Assembly (NCBI RefSeq): GCF_011386835.1
Contig: NC_088798.1
Span: forward strand, 85,126,001-85,190,000
Source of the DNA: Chrysemys picta bellii
Taxonomy: Eukaryota
Direction of reading: 5' to 3'
Length of the DNA stretch: 64,000 bases
In this document: in pieces, positions 11,811 through 22,997 of the stretch
Numbering within the stretch: the first letter of the stretch is position 1
Layout: every line of letters starts with the position of its first letter
Translations under genes and position numbers: made by a program
Notes under the pieces: generated by a model
What the model saw: the letters and a program-made list of their open reading frames with translations, nothing else
What the model was told of the DNA's origin: nothing
The model's database searches: none

Positions 11811-12110
11811 TTATACGTGTGTCCCCCGACAGGTTTAGAAGCTTGGTGAACCTATGTTGACATGGCCATATGGGTGCTATCAAGATCATTGATACTCCCT
11901 CTCTTCAGACCTTCAGCAGGACCTTGTGTATGAGTGGGAGGGGCGGGAATGCAAACAGCAGGTGCCCCTTTCACGAGAGGAGAAAGGCATCTGTGAACGA
12001 GCCCTGGCTGTGATTCAGGAAGGAACAGAACTGCTGACACTTCCTGTTGAGCTGTGTTGTGAACAAATCTATCTGGGGAAATCCCCACCTCTGGAAGATG
12101 TTGATTATGA
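11811..12110 (-). pseudogene. DIRS DNA N6-adenine methyltransferase-like domain, disrupted
   Basis: Manual translation: IFQRWGFPQIDLFTT..FTDAFLLS*KGHLLFAFPPLPLIHKVL..MILIAPIWP. The DLF and FPP motifs are present. The frame continues across the Chapaev insertion (DTRI-TLPLVPDLIPQDHG, to about 9220). Confidence 0.7.
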
Positions 12111-13075
12111 TATCCGGGAGGAGGGACCACTCGTGGTTGTGAAAGAACCTGCTGAAATGATCGGCCAGTTCTTTCTAAGAGCTCAGACAGTGTGATTCCT
12201 GCAGATGTATGGAGTGGGCAATGCAGAAGTCCCACAGCTTGCGGGCTTCCTGGAACAGGAGAGAGGAGCGAGCGCCACCCTGGTTGTTTATATAAAACAT
12301 CGCTATTGTATTATCTGTCAATACTGATACACATCTGCCCTGCAGATGGGTTTGAAATGTCTGGCAAGCAAGGCAAACCACACATAGCTCCCTGACATTG
12401 ATGTGCAGTGAAAATTCTGCTTGGGCCAGAGACCTTGAGTTCTGATTCTTCCTAAGTGCATCTGTTACTAGAGACAGCAAGGGCTGGGGCCTGGAGAAGG
12501 ACGCTCCCGCACATACCCAAGAAAGGGAGAACCGTAAACTGGTTGGTGAGTGTTGTTGGCCACAAAGCGAAGGAACCATCCGTGGAACAGGACTATGGAC
12601 ACGTGAAAGTACGCATCCTTCAAGTCGAGGGCAGTGTACCAGTCCCCCAGATCCAGGGAAGAGATAATGGAAGCCAGGGAGACCATGCAGAACTTTCTCT
12701 TCTTTGTGAATCTGTTGAGGTTTTGCAGGTCTAAAATAGGTCTGAGCCTACCTAGGTCTTCGGGAGTAGGAAATACCAGAAATAGAACCCCCCTGCCTCT
12801 GAACTCTAGAGGGACCTCCTCTACCACCCCGAGTAGTAGGAGTGATTGCACCTCCTGCATGAAGAGTTGCTCATGAGAAGAGTCCCTGAAGAGGAACAGG
12901 GAAGGAGGGTGGAAAGGCAGGAGGGAACAGAATTGGAGAGAATATCCCAATTCCATCGTGTTCAAGACCCACTGGTCTGAGGTGATTTGTGCCCAGGCAT
13001 GGTAGAAATGGAATAGATGATTCACAAAGGGAGGGGGAGAATCCGGGATCTGAACTGGTGCATCGCCCCCGGCAC
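12110..13075 (-). pseudogene. DIRS RT/RNase H, disrupted, RT core deleted
   Basis: LRPILDL and ALDLKDAYFH (RT), then QFTVLPF joined directly at about 12520 to sequence just before LSLVTDA, HINVRE and LTDN (RNase H). No YxDD segment is present. Confidence 0.85.
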
Positions 13076-13079
13076 ACCT

Positions 13080-15303
13080 TCAAAAGTTTGGCTTGGAGGC
13101 TGAGGGCTGCTTCACTGAACCCTGGCCATGGTTAGAAGAGGACTGAGGGGGGCTCCATCTATTACTCCTAGCCCCGCTTCTGCTATAGTCCTGTGTAGGG
13201 GGAGCAGGGTAGAAGCAAGGGGCATGCTGCAGCTTAAAATGCTTCCTCTGGGGGGCTGGCATATGAAATCCCAGGAACTTCAGAGTCACCTGTGAAACTT
13301 TCTGGCTCTGCAGCTTAGAGTCTGTTTGCTCTGAGAAAAACCCTAAACAGTCGAACAGCAAGTCCTGAATGGTCTGCTGGAGTTCGTGCAGAAGTCCTGA
13401 CACCTGAAGCCATGAGCTCCTTCTCATGGCTATGGCTGTTGACATAGTACGGATTGCCAAGTCTGCTGAATCTAGGGAGGCCTGTAAGGAAGTCCTTGTG
13501 ATCACCTTGCCTTCTTCAAGGACAGCAGCAAATTCTGAACAGGAGTCCACCAGCAGTAGCTCTTTGAATTTGGACAACATGTTCCAAGAGTTAAAACTGT
13601 AGTGGTTAAGGACTGCTAGTTGGCAATGCAAAGCTGGAGCCCCGTGATGGAATACATCTTTCTACCAAAGAGATCCAGCTTCTTCGCCTCCTTGGACTTT
13701 GGAGTTGGTTCTGGTTGTCCTTGCCTTTTCTTTTGGTTGGCAGCCTCCACCACCAGAGTGCCCAGCTGAGGAAGAGTGAACAGGTACCCATATCCTTTTG
13801 AAGGCACAAAATACTTCCTCTCCACCCCTTTGGCTGTGGGGGGAAGAGAGGTGGGCATTTGCCACAACACTTTAGTAGTGTTATGGATGGTCTTAATGAG
13901 GGGCAAAACCCTTGAGGGACCTTCTGACATGAGAACGTCAACCATGGGGTCGGTCTCCTCCGGCACCTCCTCTGCCTGCATGCTCAAATCCTGAGCCACC
14001 TTTCTGAGCAACTCCTGGGGTGCTCTGTTGTCCATGGCTGAAAGCATGGTGGATATGCCCCCCACCACTTCATCAGGGGAGGATGAGGTAGATGCCCACA
14101 GGAGCGCGGAGTCTTTCTGACTTCTGGCTCATCAGGATCCCCTACTCCGAAGCAACCTGCGTGATGCCGGGAGGGGTGCTGGTTTCCAGGCCCATGCTCA
14201 TCTTGGTACCAGCCCCGGTACCGGGTCCCATTGCAGTCTTGGTGCCAGCCTGCGTGCCCATCTCTTGGCCTTATGGTTATGGAGGAGGCCTATGCCTCCG
14301 AAACCACTGACAAGGATCTGGACCCCAGCATGTGGGCTTGGTGGTTGGCCCACAGGGTCCAGAAGGGTCACTGAGCTGGTGCCTGCCACTGCGATGGCCA
14401 TGGAATCATAGGTAATGACTGCCCTTCCTCTTGTCTGGAGCAGTACCAAGAGCAGTGCTGGCTTCGTCGAGAGGCATATGACTCCACCTCCGAGTCAGAC
14501 GAGGACTTTGACCTCAGCGACCAAGGCGGCGCGGAGCAAGACAGTGCCAGGCAACAGTGCAGAGTGAGGGTGAGCAGTGCCGCATCATCGCCAGCTTGCC
14601 CTTAGAAGGCACTATGCCTCTTTGTGGTGCCGGAGCTGGTGCCAGTGCCCATGTGGGGAACCTCACTGTCATCACTATGAGGTCCCTAGCTGCCTCAAAG
14701 GTGTCCAGCATGGAGGGAAGGTCTAAGTCCTCCTCCCGACACTCCCGCATCAGGGATTCCACTAGAACAGGACTCGATGGACCACCCTGTGAGACCGGAG
14801 TCAACAGTGCCGGAGGAATCAGAGCCAGAGCAGGGTATCCCAGCATGGGACGCACCTGTTGGTGCATCCTCCCTCCACTGCTCTAGTGGGAGAGCGACCT
14901 CTGTTGGTCTTCTTTCTTTTGTGTGGGACCAGCAAATGGGAGCAAAGCCGGGCACTTGCACAAGCGGAGGTCTTCAGCGCTAGGGAATGGCGGTGCCGAG
15001 GGTCACTGGAGCCCTAGTCCTTTCTCAGTGCCACAGCCTCTCTGAGACCGGTGTGGTCTGCACTTAAGTGCTGGGATTCAGGTCGGATGCCGGCTGTGCC
15101 GCCTGGGGACGAAGGGCTGACTCCATGAGGAGCAATTTCAGCCTAAAGTCCTTCTTATTTCTTGGGCAGAAGCCTCTATAGATTTTGCACTTCTCAGTTT
15201 GATGGGCTTCCCCGAAACACTTTAAGCAGGAGTCATGTGGGTCTCTCTTTGGCATTGGCTTCAGGCAGGACCCGCACGGTGTGAACCCCTAAGACCGAGG
15301 CAT
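13080..15303 (-). pseudogene. DIRS ORF1 (gag-like), disrupted
   Basis: ATG at 15303. Cys/His finger CGSC..HDSCLKC..H..KC, a Pro/Ser-rich middle and a LAP2alpha-like block (PTAKGVERKYFVP..KKLDLFGRK) in ORFs 13616-14068 and 13080-13631. Confidence 0.75.
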
Positions 15304-15479
15304 TCCCTGGTCACCGGGAGGGGAAACGTGGGGGGGAGAAACCCCCAACTAAAACTTATCTAAACTAACTATGAACTACTAGAACTAACTAATACAAAGT
15401 TTTCAACTATTTACAGGTACAACAAAAAAATTCCACTGGGGATCACTTGTCGTAGCAAGAGAAGAGCTGTTCCAACGAC

Positions 15480-15676
15480 TGTCACTGGCAGTAAGAAAGA
15501 ACTGAGGAGGCAGTGGCGGGTCAGCAGGGACCTATATACACTCCGTGAAGGCGCAACTCCAGGGGGTTCCACAGCCAACCCGACAGGTACCACTAGGGGG
15601 AAAACCTTCTGACAATTGTGCATGTGGCGTGCACACACCTACTTGGAATCGACATGGGCAAGCACTCAAAGAAGAA
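15480..15676 (-). repeat. DIRS 5' inverted terminal repeat
   Basis: Reverse complement of 7783-7965. Contains a TATA-like GTGTATATAGG on the minus strand near 15531-15541. Confidence 0.85.
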
Positions 15677-15788
15677 CAAGACAATAGGGAAGGCTTGGGA
15701 AGGGAAGGGCATGGGCAACATCTGTAAGATTATGTGATTACGTGGCAAGGCTAGTTGTCATTGTTTAAACACAATAAATATGTGTCTT

Positions 15789-16023
15789 GGACTATGTCTA
15801 CACTGGAGCTGGAAGGTGTAATTTTCCCAAGTCTGATCCCATCCAAGACTCTGGGTACATACTCGGATCCTGTCCAAGACCCTAGGTACAAACTCTAGCA
15901 GCTAGCCCCTGCCGCTGCTTGTGCTGCCATGGCTACACTTAGTTCACTAGCTCGATCAGAACTAGAGCAATATGTCTACCTGAGACGGAAATGGCACCTG
16001 CCAGCTCTAGTCTTGACATGCTC
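15789..16023. mobile_element. PIF/Harbinger-type MITE (GTCTACAC terminus family), degenerate
   Basis: Ends GGACTATGTCTACACTGGAGCTGG and CCAGCTCTAGTCTTGACATGCTC. Internal 31-bp tandem duplication (TCCAAGACTCTGGGTAC / TCCAAGACCCTAGGTAC). Confidence 0.6.
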
Positions 16024-16039
16024 TGAGTTGACTAATTTA

Positions 16040-16460
16040 TCAGAATTTGGTCTCAAAGTTGGTAGTGAATGATGAGATAGTGGCATTGAGGACCACTATG
16101 GAGGGGTTCCACACATAGAGGGCAGCCTGGAGGAATGCATGAGACAATTCTGGAAGAAGAGGGAAAAGGAAATATTGATCAGCAGCAGAGTAGATGGGAC
16201 AGGGCACTGTGATAAAAGACCAAGTGAACAAGCAGAATGGGGCTGAGTTATTTAGACCTTGGAAGAAAAAGTCAGAAGTTGATGTAGCGCAGAAGGGAGG
16301 GATTCAGTTTGGGAAAGGAGTAACAGGCAAAGAAGATTATTTTAGCAGTTGTGTTTTGTATAGTCTGGAAGAGGGTGTGACCAGCCTAAGTAGAGGCTGC
16401 TGTAATCCAGATGGTAAGTCATGAGAACCTGGGTGAGTTTTAGCGCTCTGTCCAGAAAAG
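16040..16460 (-). mobile_element. Ancient L2 LINE ORF2 C-terminal fragment
   Basis: The frameshifted minus-strand translation LTQVLMTYHLDYSSLYLG..FQTIQNTTAKIIF resembles the L2 C-terminal pattern LVQALVISRLDYCNSLL.GL..LQ.IQNAAARLIF. Confidence 0.55.
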
Positions 16461-18639
16461 GGATAAACAGACTGCCCAGCTTGAACATGACAGGTTTGTG
16501 ATGTGATTCAGCCATTACTTAGTTTGCATTTCACTGAGGAAGAGAATGCGAAGAAGGGAGCAGAGAGAGGGAGAGAAAACTCTATTGAAATACTATTGTG
16601 AATGTGGAGCAGTTTTATCTCTAATTATTTTAAAAGGTAGGCAGAGAAATACAAATTGCTCATCAGCTGTAATTTATGTTAAATGCTTCTATAAAGCTGT
16701 GCATGGGATATGTTCATGTTCTGAGAAATGGGCAAGAGGAAATAAAACAGATGTTGTTGCTGTTAAACATTAGGCAACATGAACAATTCCACTTTTTTCC
16801 CCAAACACACACACACACACAAAAAACCAAGATAAATGAATACAAAGGACCTAAATTCATAAAATATTAAATGCCTACTTCGTTTATTCAATGTATGTGA
16901 CTCCATCTCTCACCATGAACATTGCAGCTGCTGTGGGGAAACTGATGTTCATATTAAAGAGACATAGGAATGGGTGTTTGTGTGTAAATGGTGTGGCATA
17001 GGCATACAACTTGGCAGAGATGGGAAATCCCTACAGCTATAATTTTAAACTTTTAGACATTTTTCCAGAATTCCAAGCCTGGTTGAACTTTCTAACATTA
17101 CATAAGATTTGGGGTAAAGAGGAGAAGAGCAAGAGAATTTAACCCTTGAAATCAGAGTCATTTGGGAAAAGTGTCTGAAACCTTTCATAATACACTAAGA
17201 GCTTTAGAAAGAGCTCCAGAACTTTCATAAAACTTCAGCTCTCTCTGGGTTTGACCCCTCCTCTTAGAGCTTTCAGAAACTTGAGAGAAGTATTTTCTAA
17301 AGCTGTGCAAAGCTATTAATTTTAATTTTGCAAGTATGTAGACTAGAAAAAATAATATTATTTTGCAAATGTCATCCTTTACACCATGGCAAAATTCGGA
17401 CTCCTAGGTAATAATTTGCTCAAGGAGGAAAGCTGCCATTTTGGCAGAGGAAGTTTTTAATTTTTTACAATGAAAACTGGTTTTTGCAGTAAAATGATGC
17501 TTGTAAACCTGTGAAAAATGTCTTTCATTTTCACATGGCTAAAAGAATGAGACATACAGCAATGAACATTGTAAGCATCAAATCTTCAGAAGCAAATACG
17601 TACAGGCACTTAGGCAGGCAAATGATATTCACACACAAGTTGGACTTTGTACATGGCCACCAGTGCATTTACAGGTCTAAGCCAGGCATGGGAAAAGGCA
17701 CAGGAGCAGTTTTGAATGTGCACTTTCAAGATTTGGTCCTGAAAGGCTTTAAAATATCTGAACTAAGAAATTTGACTCCTGATGTCAAGAAATCAAAATA
17801 CAGAGACATCGTCACAATTGCTGCTGATTGGAAAATGGTGAACATTTCAGCAAAATTTTGATGTTCTCCATCAAAATTTCCCAACCAGCCCTACTCATGA
17901 GATAAGATTCAATAACAGAGTGTCCCAAGGGTTACTCGTGTCTTTTTCTTTGCAACCCATCTTAACAAGATACAGCCCCATTTCCTCCTGCTTCTTTCAC
18001 CTTTATACATGAATCGTATTCACTGATGACAAATATTCAGCTTGAGCAGACTGAAAACTCCCACACTGCAATGAACATTCTGAAGATGGTGCATGTCAAA
18101 ATTGGTGAGTGGCTTGTCTGTTGCCTTCTTCCTTTGGCTTTCTGCTTTTGATAATGGGCAAATTGGGGTTTGTGATATCAAAGAGAGACCGCCCATAGTT
18201 TCTGAGATGAACAAGACTGCAAATGCTATCCTGCTCACTTTTAACAGTGTACAATCACTCTACCCCTCTTCCAGGGGCAGTCACTGATGAAGGAGCTGTA
18301 AGCACATATATGTTGGGCCAAATTCTTTGCTGATATAAATGGGTGAAAAATGCCAGTGAAGTCCACTGAACTGAGCTTATTTAAACCCTCAAAGTATTTG
18401 GCTCCTTGTACCCTCTGACAGAAGAATGATGGACTAAATAGAATTCTATCCTATGTAGGTCCAAAGGGCTAAGCAATGCAGTCATTACTAGTGACTGTTC
18501 ATTACGGCACCTGAGAGAAAAGAGGGGCATGTCCCCCCTCCCCTCACATGTTCTTATCCTATATCCTCAATATGGCTGCAGGACTATTGCATTTTCACTT
18601 CTTGTTTCTTCCAGTTCCTAACTTTTTCCCATATGTGGG

Positions 18640-19070
18640 TTGTACCTCTGAGCTGACAGAATGATATCCCCTCAGTTACGAAAACCCATGTGCCTACCCT
18701 GAGACTTTTTGAGAAGGCCACACAGGTAGCGGCTAGGAATATGATGCTAGTTTCATCCCTCTTCTCCACCTGCTACAGGGAAAAATCTCAGCGCTGATAG
18801 GAGTACTTTGAAGCAAGTTCTAAAGGACATTACGGAACCATAGTTCATGCTATCCCTCATTTATATTTTTAGATATTGAATTCAAAACCACTCTGCTAGC
18901 TCTCCTCTCACGGGATGAGGCTGACCTAGAGAAGCTCATGGACAAGGCTGCCAGCTGTATTGCCAAGATGATTTGTGAGAAAGCACAAGACAACTCCTCT
19001 GCTGACATTAGGGGGTAGGAGGAAGAGAATGCAGAAAAAGAAAGTGAAAAAATAATTTGGATGTCAGGAC
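18640..19070 (+). pseudogene. Relic hAT (Ac/ZBED-like) transposase fragment
   Basis: Frameshifted translation LTE*..VPTLRLFEKATQV..EY.AS.IPLLHLLQGKI..FIFLDIEFKTTLL resembles the hAT pattern W..LKPFEEAT....Y.S..IPL..L and ATFLDPRFK. Confidence 0.5.
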
Positions 19071-19451
19071 CTGCAAAGAGTTAGAATTGGGGTAGAATAG
19101 TAACATCCTCCAGCAACCATTGCAGACAGAGGAAACTCATGTGAACGACTGGGCAGGCACTTTTACACCCTCATATTGGCTGCCTGCATTTCATTTCCTC
19201 ATTTGCAACTACAGTGACTCCCTTTGTTTGTTGCTATAGGGCCGTTACTTTTACCCTGGGCACAGCAACACCCCCCACCCCTCACCCCCCGCCGACTGCT
19301 CCACTTCACCGTGTCAGTCAGCCCTGTGGTACTAATGAGTGCAGGGACTGTTAGAAGGTAAGAGGAGATGTTGGATCCTATGGGATGATTTTATATCTCT
19401 TTCCCTCACTGCTTACACTTTTCTTTTTCCAAAGAGAAGTCTGGGGACTAT

Positions 19452-19538
19452 GGCCCAGATCCTCAAAGGTATTTAGGTTCCTATCTTCAATTGAAATCAA
19501 GGGACTGAGGTGCCTAAATACCTTTGAGGATCTTGGCC
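19452..19538. mobile_element. Palindromic MITE, same family as 62901-62989
   Basis: Arms GGCCCAGATCCTCAAAGGTATTTAGG / CCTAAATACCTTTGAGGATCTTGGCC. Confidence 0.75.
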
Positions 19539-20956
19539 CATGATATTTTGTTCTTTTCCCCTCTAATGCTTCTCCCCCGGCCCCGCAAGTTCCTGGAACT
19601 GTTGAATCCAGATCCTTTTTTCTCATTTTTCCACCAGTATTCTCTCCTCCATACACTTCCCCACCTCAGCCCACTCTCCCACATAAAACAGCCTTTTAGT
19701 ATCACATTTGCTGTGTTCAGCAATATACAGTAGGGACCCACAGTAATTGCTGAGAAATTTTTCACTTTTTTTTTTTTTGGAAATGTAATTTCTTTCTGAT
19801 GCCTGCACATCCTCCATCCCCCGCTGAGCCAGGGCACTCTGATAATCATGTGAGTAACATTGAGATAGAGATCAAGTGATGCAGCTGGCTGTCTCTCAAC
19901 TTTGACTTTCAACTCCACATTTACTTGGATGCACATATTACCGTCTGAGGAAATATAAAGCCATTTCTCCTCTAATGAAAACAGCTTTTAGTCTATGGTG
20001 AAACTGCCCCAGATTTAGAGAATGAAGGGGGAGGGAAAATTCTGCTTGCCTCTAAAAATAGCAAAGCATTCATTCTGCTAGATGTTTCTTGGGTACAATT
20101 TTTCTTTGTACATATGGGTTAGCAATCCATTTTAATTCCAGCTGTAGATATATGCTCAGTGCATTCATGGTTATAAAGGCATATTTTTGCCATGCCCTTT
20201 TCCAAATGAAAGATATTTGCTTAATGCTTTTCAAACCCCAGAGTCTCAGGTTTTCTAATTTGGTTGCTAGTGAAGGTGCTCAGATCTACATGTGTGCGTG
20301 CCAATATACCAATCTGAGGGACAGTACACAACAGGAATCCATAAAACAGGCAGCCCGGTTTCAAAACTGAGTTCTCAGTCTTCGGTCTTAATTCTGCAAC
20401 CAGATCCAAATGGGCACAAGGGTCCAACAGCACAAATGAAATGTACAGAACTTCATATCAATCATGATTATTAGGTTTTAAAATTGGCTAAAATATTTAA
20501 ATGAGATTAACTGAAAGGATTTTAGGGCGTGAATGTGTAAAATTAGGAACTACACCAGGGTTTAGAAGAGGAATTGTGAGAAAAATTGCCAGTTGGACCT
20601 TGATTAGTATACAGAATAGCAGTCTCTCAAAAATGATGTACATATGATTGAACATTTAAATGCACCTTAAAATAATTTATGAAAATCTAAATACACTCTA
20701 AACTAAATGCTTCATTTGGACCAAGATGACTATATTGATTTTTTTTCTGTGACTTAACACTTTGCTTACAGTTTGCTCATAGCAAATTAACAGCTAATAT
20801 ACAAAATATTATCAGATCTGTGCATTGGTTTTCATAAGGACCTGATTAAGCCTGAACAGAGCCTATGCAATTAAAAGTTTTGGAAGAATCTCCTATTTTA
20901 GTGATATTTCCTATCCTTAATGCAGGGGATGTTGCTGAACCCGGAAATCTCTCTAA

Positions 20957-21190
20957 GGGTGTATCTACACTGCAATCAGAGGTGTGACTGCAGCTCACAT
21001 AGCTATCCCCAGGCTTGTTTTACTCATGGTACCAGTGCCTGGGCTGTACAAGCTCGCCGGGACCCTGGATGTCTAGTCACCTTGTTGAACCCCCTTGCTG
21101 CCACATTTACATTTCTATTTTTAGCAATTCTACTATGGGCAAAGCTACCCATGCAACAATCACATCTCAAATTGCAGTGTAGACATATCC
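20957..21190. mobile_element. PIF/Harbinger MITE (234 bp)
   Basis: TIRs GGGTGTATCTACACTGCAAT / ATTGCAGTGTAGACATATCC. TAA TSD at 20954-20956 and 21191-21193. Confidence 0.8.
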
Positions 21191-22149
21191 TAAAACAGAA
21201 TGAACTTTTTAAGAGCAACCTCTGCATCCCATTTACATGGGCCTTCCTATTGACCCATTTATGAAGCTAAAGTCAAGTATGGCCCTCTTGTCTCACAGTA
21301 TTTTCACCATCAGGAACCTGAAACCAGGAGAAGACCACATATAGAATATTACAGACCCCTAAAAAAAGTCTTCCTGAGGCATTTAAAACACCTGTGAAAT
21401 ATCTAAATAAAATACAAATGATCATAAGTACTTGAACTACAAAAACTAGAGCCAGGGCTTGCCCCTAATTATTACATCTGAATGTGAACTTGTAAGTCTG
21501 ACAAAGCACTATCCACGGTGGGTTTGGTTTATGTATCACTTTACATGAAATCTCAAGGTCTTTTAAAGACGGGGTGATAAGACTTTGTGCTGGTAACAAT
21601 GTCAACCAAGCCATATAACTTCTTGGCTCTCTCTTTATAATCATCTGTGTCCATTTCAGTCACTCTTCGCCCACTCGACATCCCCACTTTATGATGATGA
21701 AGAATTTTCTTATTCTGGATCTGTGACGGAGTGAAATTCATAGACAATTGCCTGATTCAGCAAACCCCTATCAACTTCACTGGGCGTGCTTGCCCGGGAA
21801 ATGCTTATTTATATCAGCAAGGGTTGTAGGATCAGCTCCTGTGTTTCCAATCTAACCTTGACACCCAGATTGAACCTGCCAAGGATTTGCCATCCCTAGT
21901 GATATTACTCAGTCTCTGTGTAAGATTAGTTACCCTGATTACAATGAAGTCAGTCCATACTAAATATGCAGTCAAGCACTATGAAATTGTATTCACCCAT
22001 TCCACACTGCTTTTATTGATGCAAATGTTTACCATGTGCTATTACACTTACATTTCTTCATTTATGGGTGTGTTTGTTGTATCAACTTCCATGCACAACC
22101 TGTGCCCTCTGATTCACTGCCCACTTCCCCTATGCTAGCTTATAATGGC

Positions 22150-22350
22150 ATGAACTTGCTTCTAAATCAACTACTGAAGCAATCATGGCCCAATGCAGCA
22201 GTAAGAGGCTGAGGGAAATAACTATCCCCCTAGAAAACCAGTCAATTAAATTCAGCCTGGAAGGGATTCAATCTAATATCAAAGATGCTGCCACAAGGAT
22301 ATGTTCCCTGGAGCATAGGGTTAATGATTTAGAGCATGTCAAGCTGGCCT
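22150..22350 (+). pseudogene. Relic L1-clade ORF1 coiled-coil fragment
   Basis: IKFSLEGIQSNIKDAATRICSLEHRVNDLE shows a heptad pattern with two tandem RhxxhE trimerisation motifs, as in L1 ORF1p. Confidence 0.45.
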
Positions 22351-22374
22351 GGAGTAGAAAAAATGAAATCACAT

Positions 22375-22375
<1 letters not shown>

Positions 22376-22409
<34 letters not shown>
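22376..22409 (+). repeat. (CA)17 microsatellite
   Basis: Read directly from the sequence. Confidence 0.95.
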
Positions 22410-22413
<4 letters not shown>

Positions 22414-22997
22414 AAGGTGTGTGAAACTATCAAAATAAATAAGTAAATGCAATAATTACAAAAACCATTCACCACAGAATGACAAGTAATCAGCACCCCA
22501 GTTCTGAGACACATGAAGACATTCTCATTTTTGTTGCAAGCATTCCATCACAACAAAATAGTTGACTGACCAAGTTTACTGTACTATAGCACTAAAAGTC
22601 TGCTAATACTGGGATGCCAAAACCAAAGCATATGTCAATCATCACTCAAGGTAACTGTGTAATTCCTGCTAGGAGCAGCTGATGATTTTATTGCATTCAA
22701 AATGGAGGTTGAAAGTTTGATGACTGCTTTCCAAGATGATGATTCTCTCTCAGGAACTTCTCTAGTACTGATATGGCCCCCAGCACCATAGAATCTAGAA
22801 CGCCTCACAATCTCTAATATATTCATCCTCACAAGACCCCTGTGAAGTAGAGAAAAATGATACAAAAGGCCAAATTTTCTGCCTCGGCCTCTAATCCTGT
22901 GTATGCAATTGACTGTATCAGTAAAAATGCATGCAGCCTCATTTTTCATGTGCAAAATGGCATCTGTGTCTCCAAGTTGTACATTGGCCATCCCATT

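Larger units (their letters stand above)
7754..15676 (-). mobile_element. DIRS1-type tyrosine-recombinase retrotransposon, decayed, RT core deleted, interrupted by Chapaev3
   Basis: Minus-strand order is gag-like (Zn finger, LAP2alpha-like), RT, RNase H, N6-adenine methyltransferase, tyrosine recombinase. It has ~200-bp inverted terminal repeats and an internal complementary region at 8001-8099. No TSD was found, as expected for DIRS. Confidence 0.92.

Noticed and set aside
11926-14983. Plus-strand ORFs over the DIRS element
   Set aside because: Antisense shadows of GC-rich DIRS coding sequence.
18873-19015. Apparent host coding exon IEFKTTLLALLSRDEADLEKLM...
   Set aside because: Better explained as part of a frameshifted hAT transposase relic. 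No good donor site.
22329-22514. ORFs with THTHTH or VCVCVC runs (also near 23.4, 32.3, 46.9 and 49.6 kb)
   Set aside because: Translations of (CA)n/(TG)n microsatellites.
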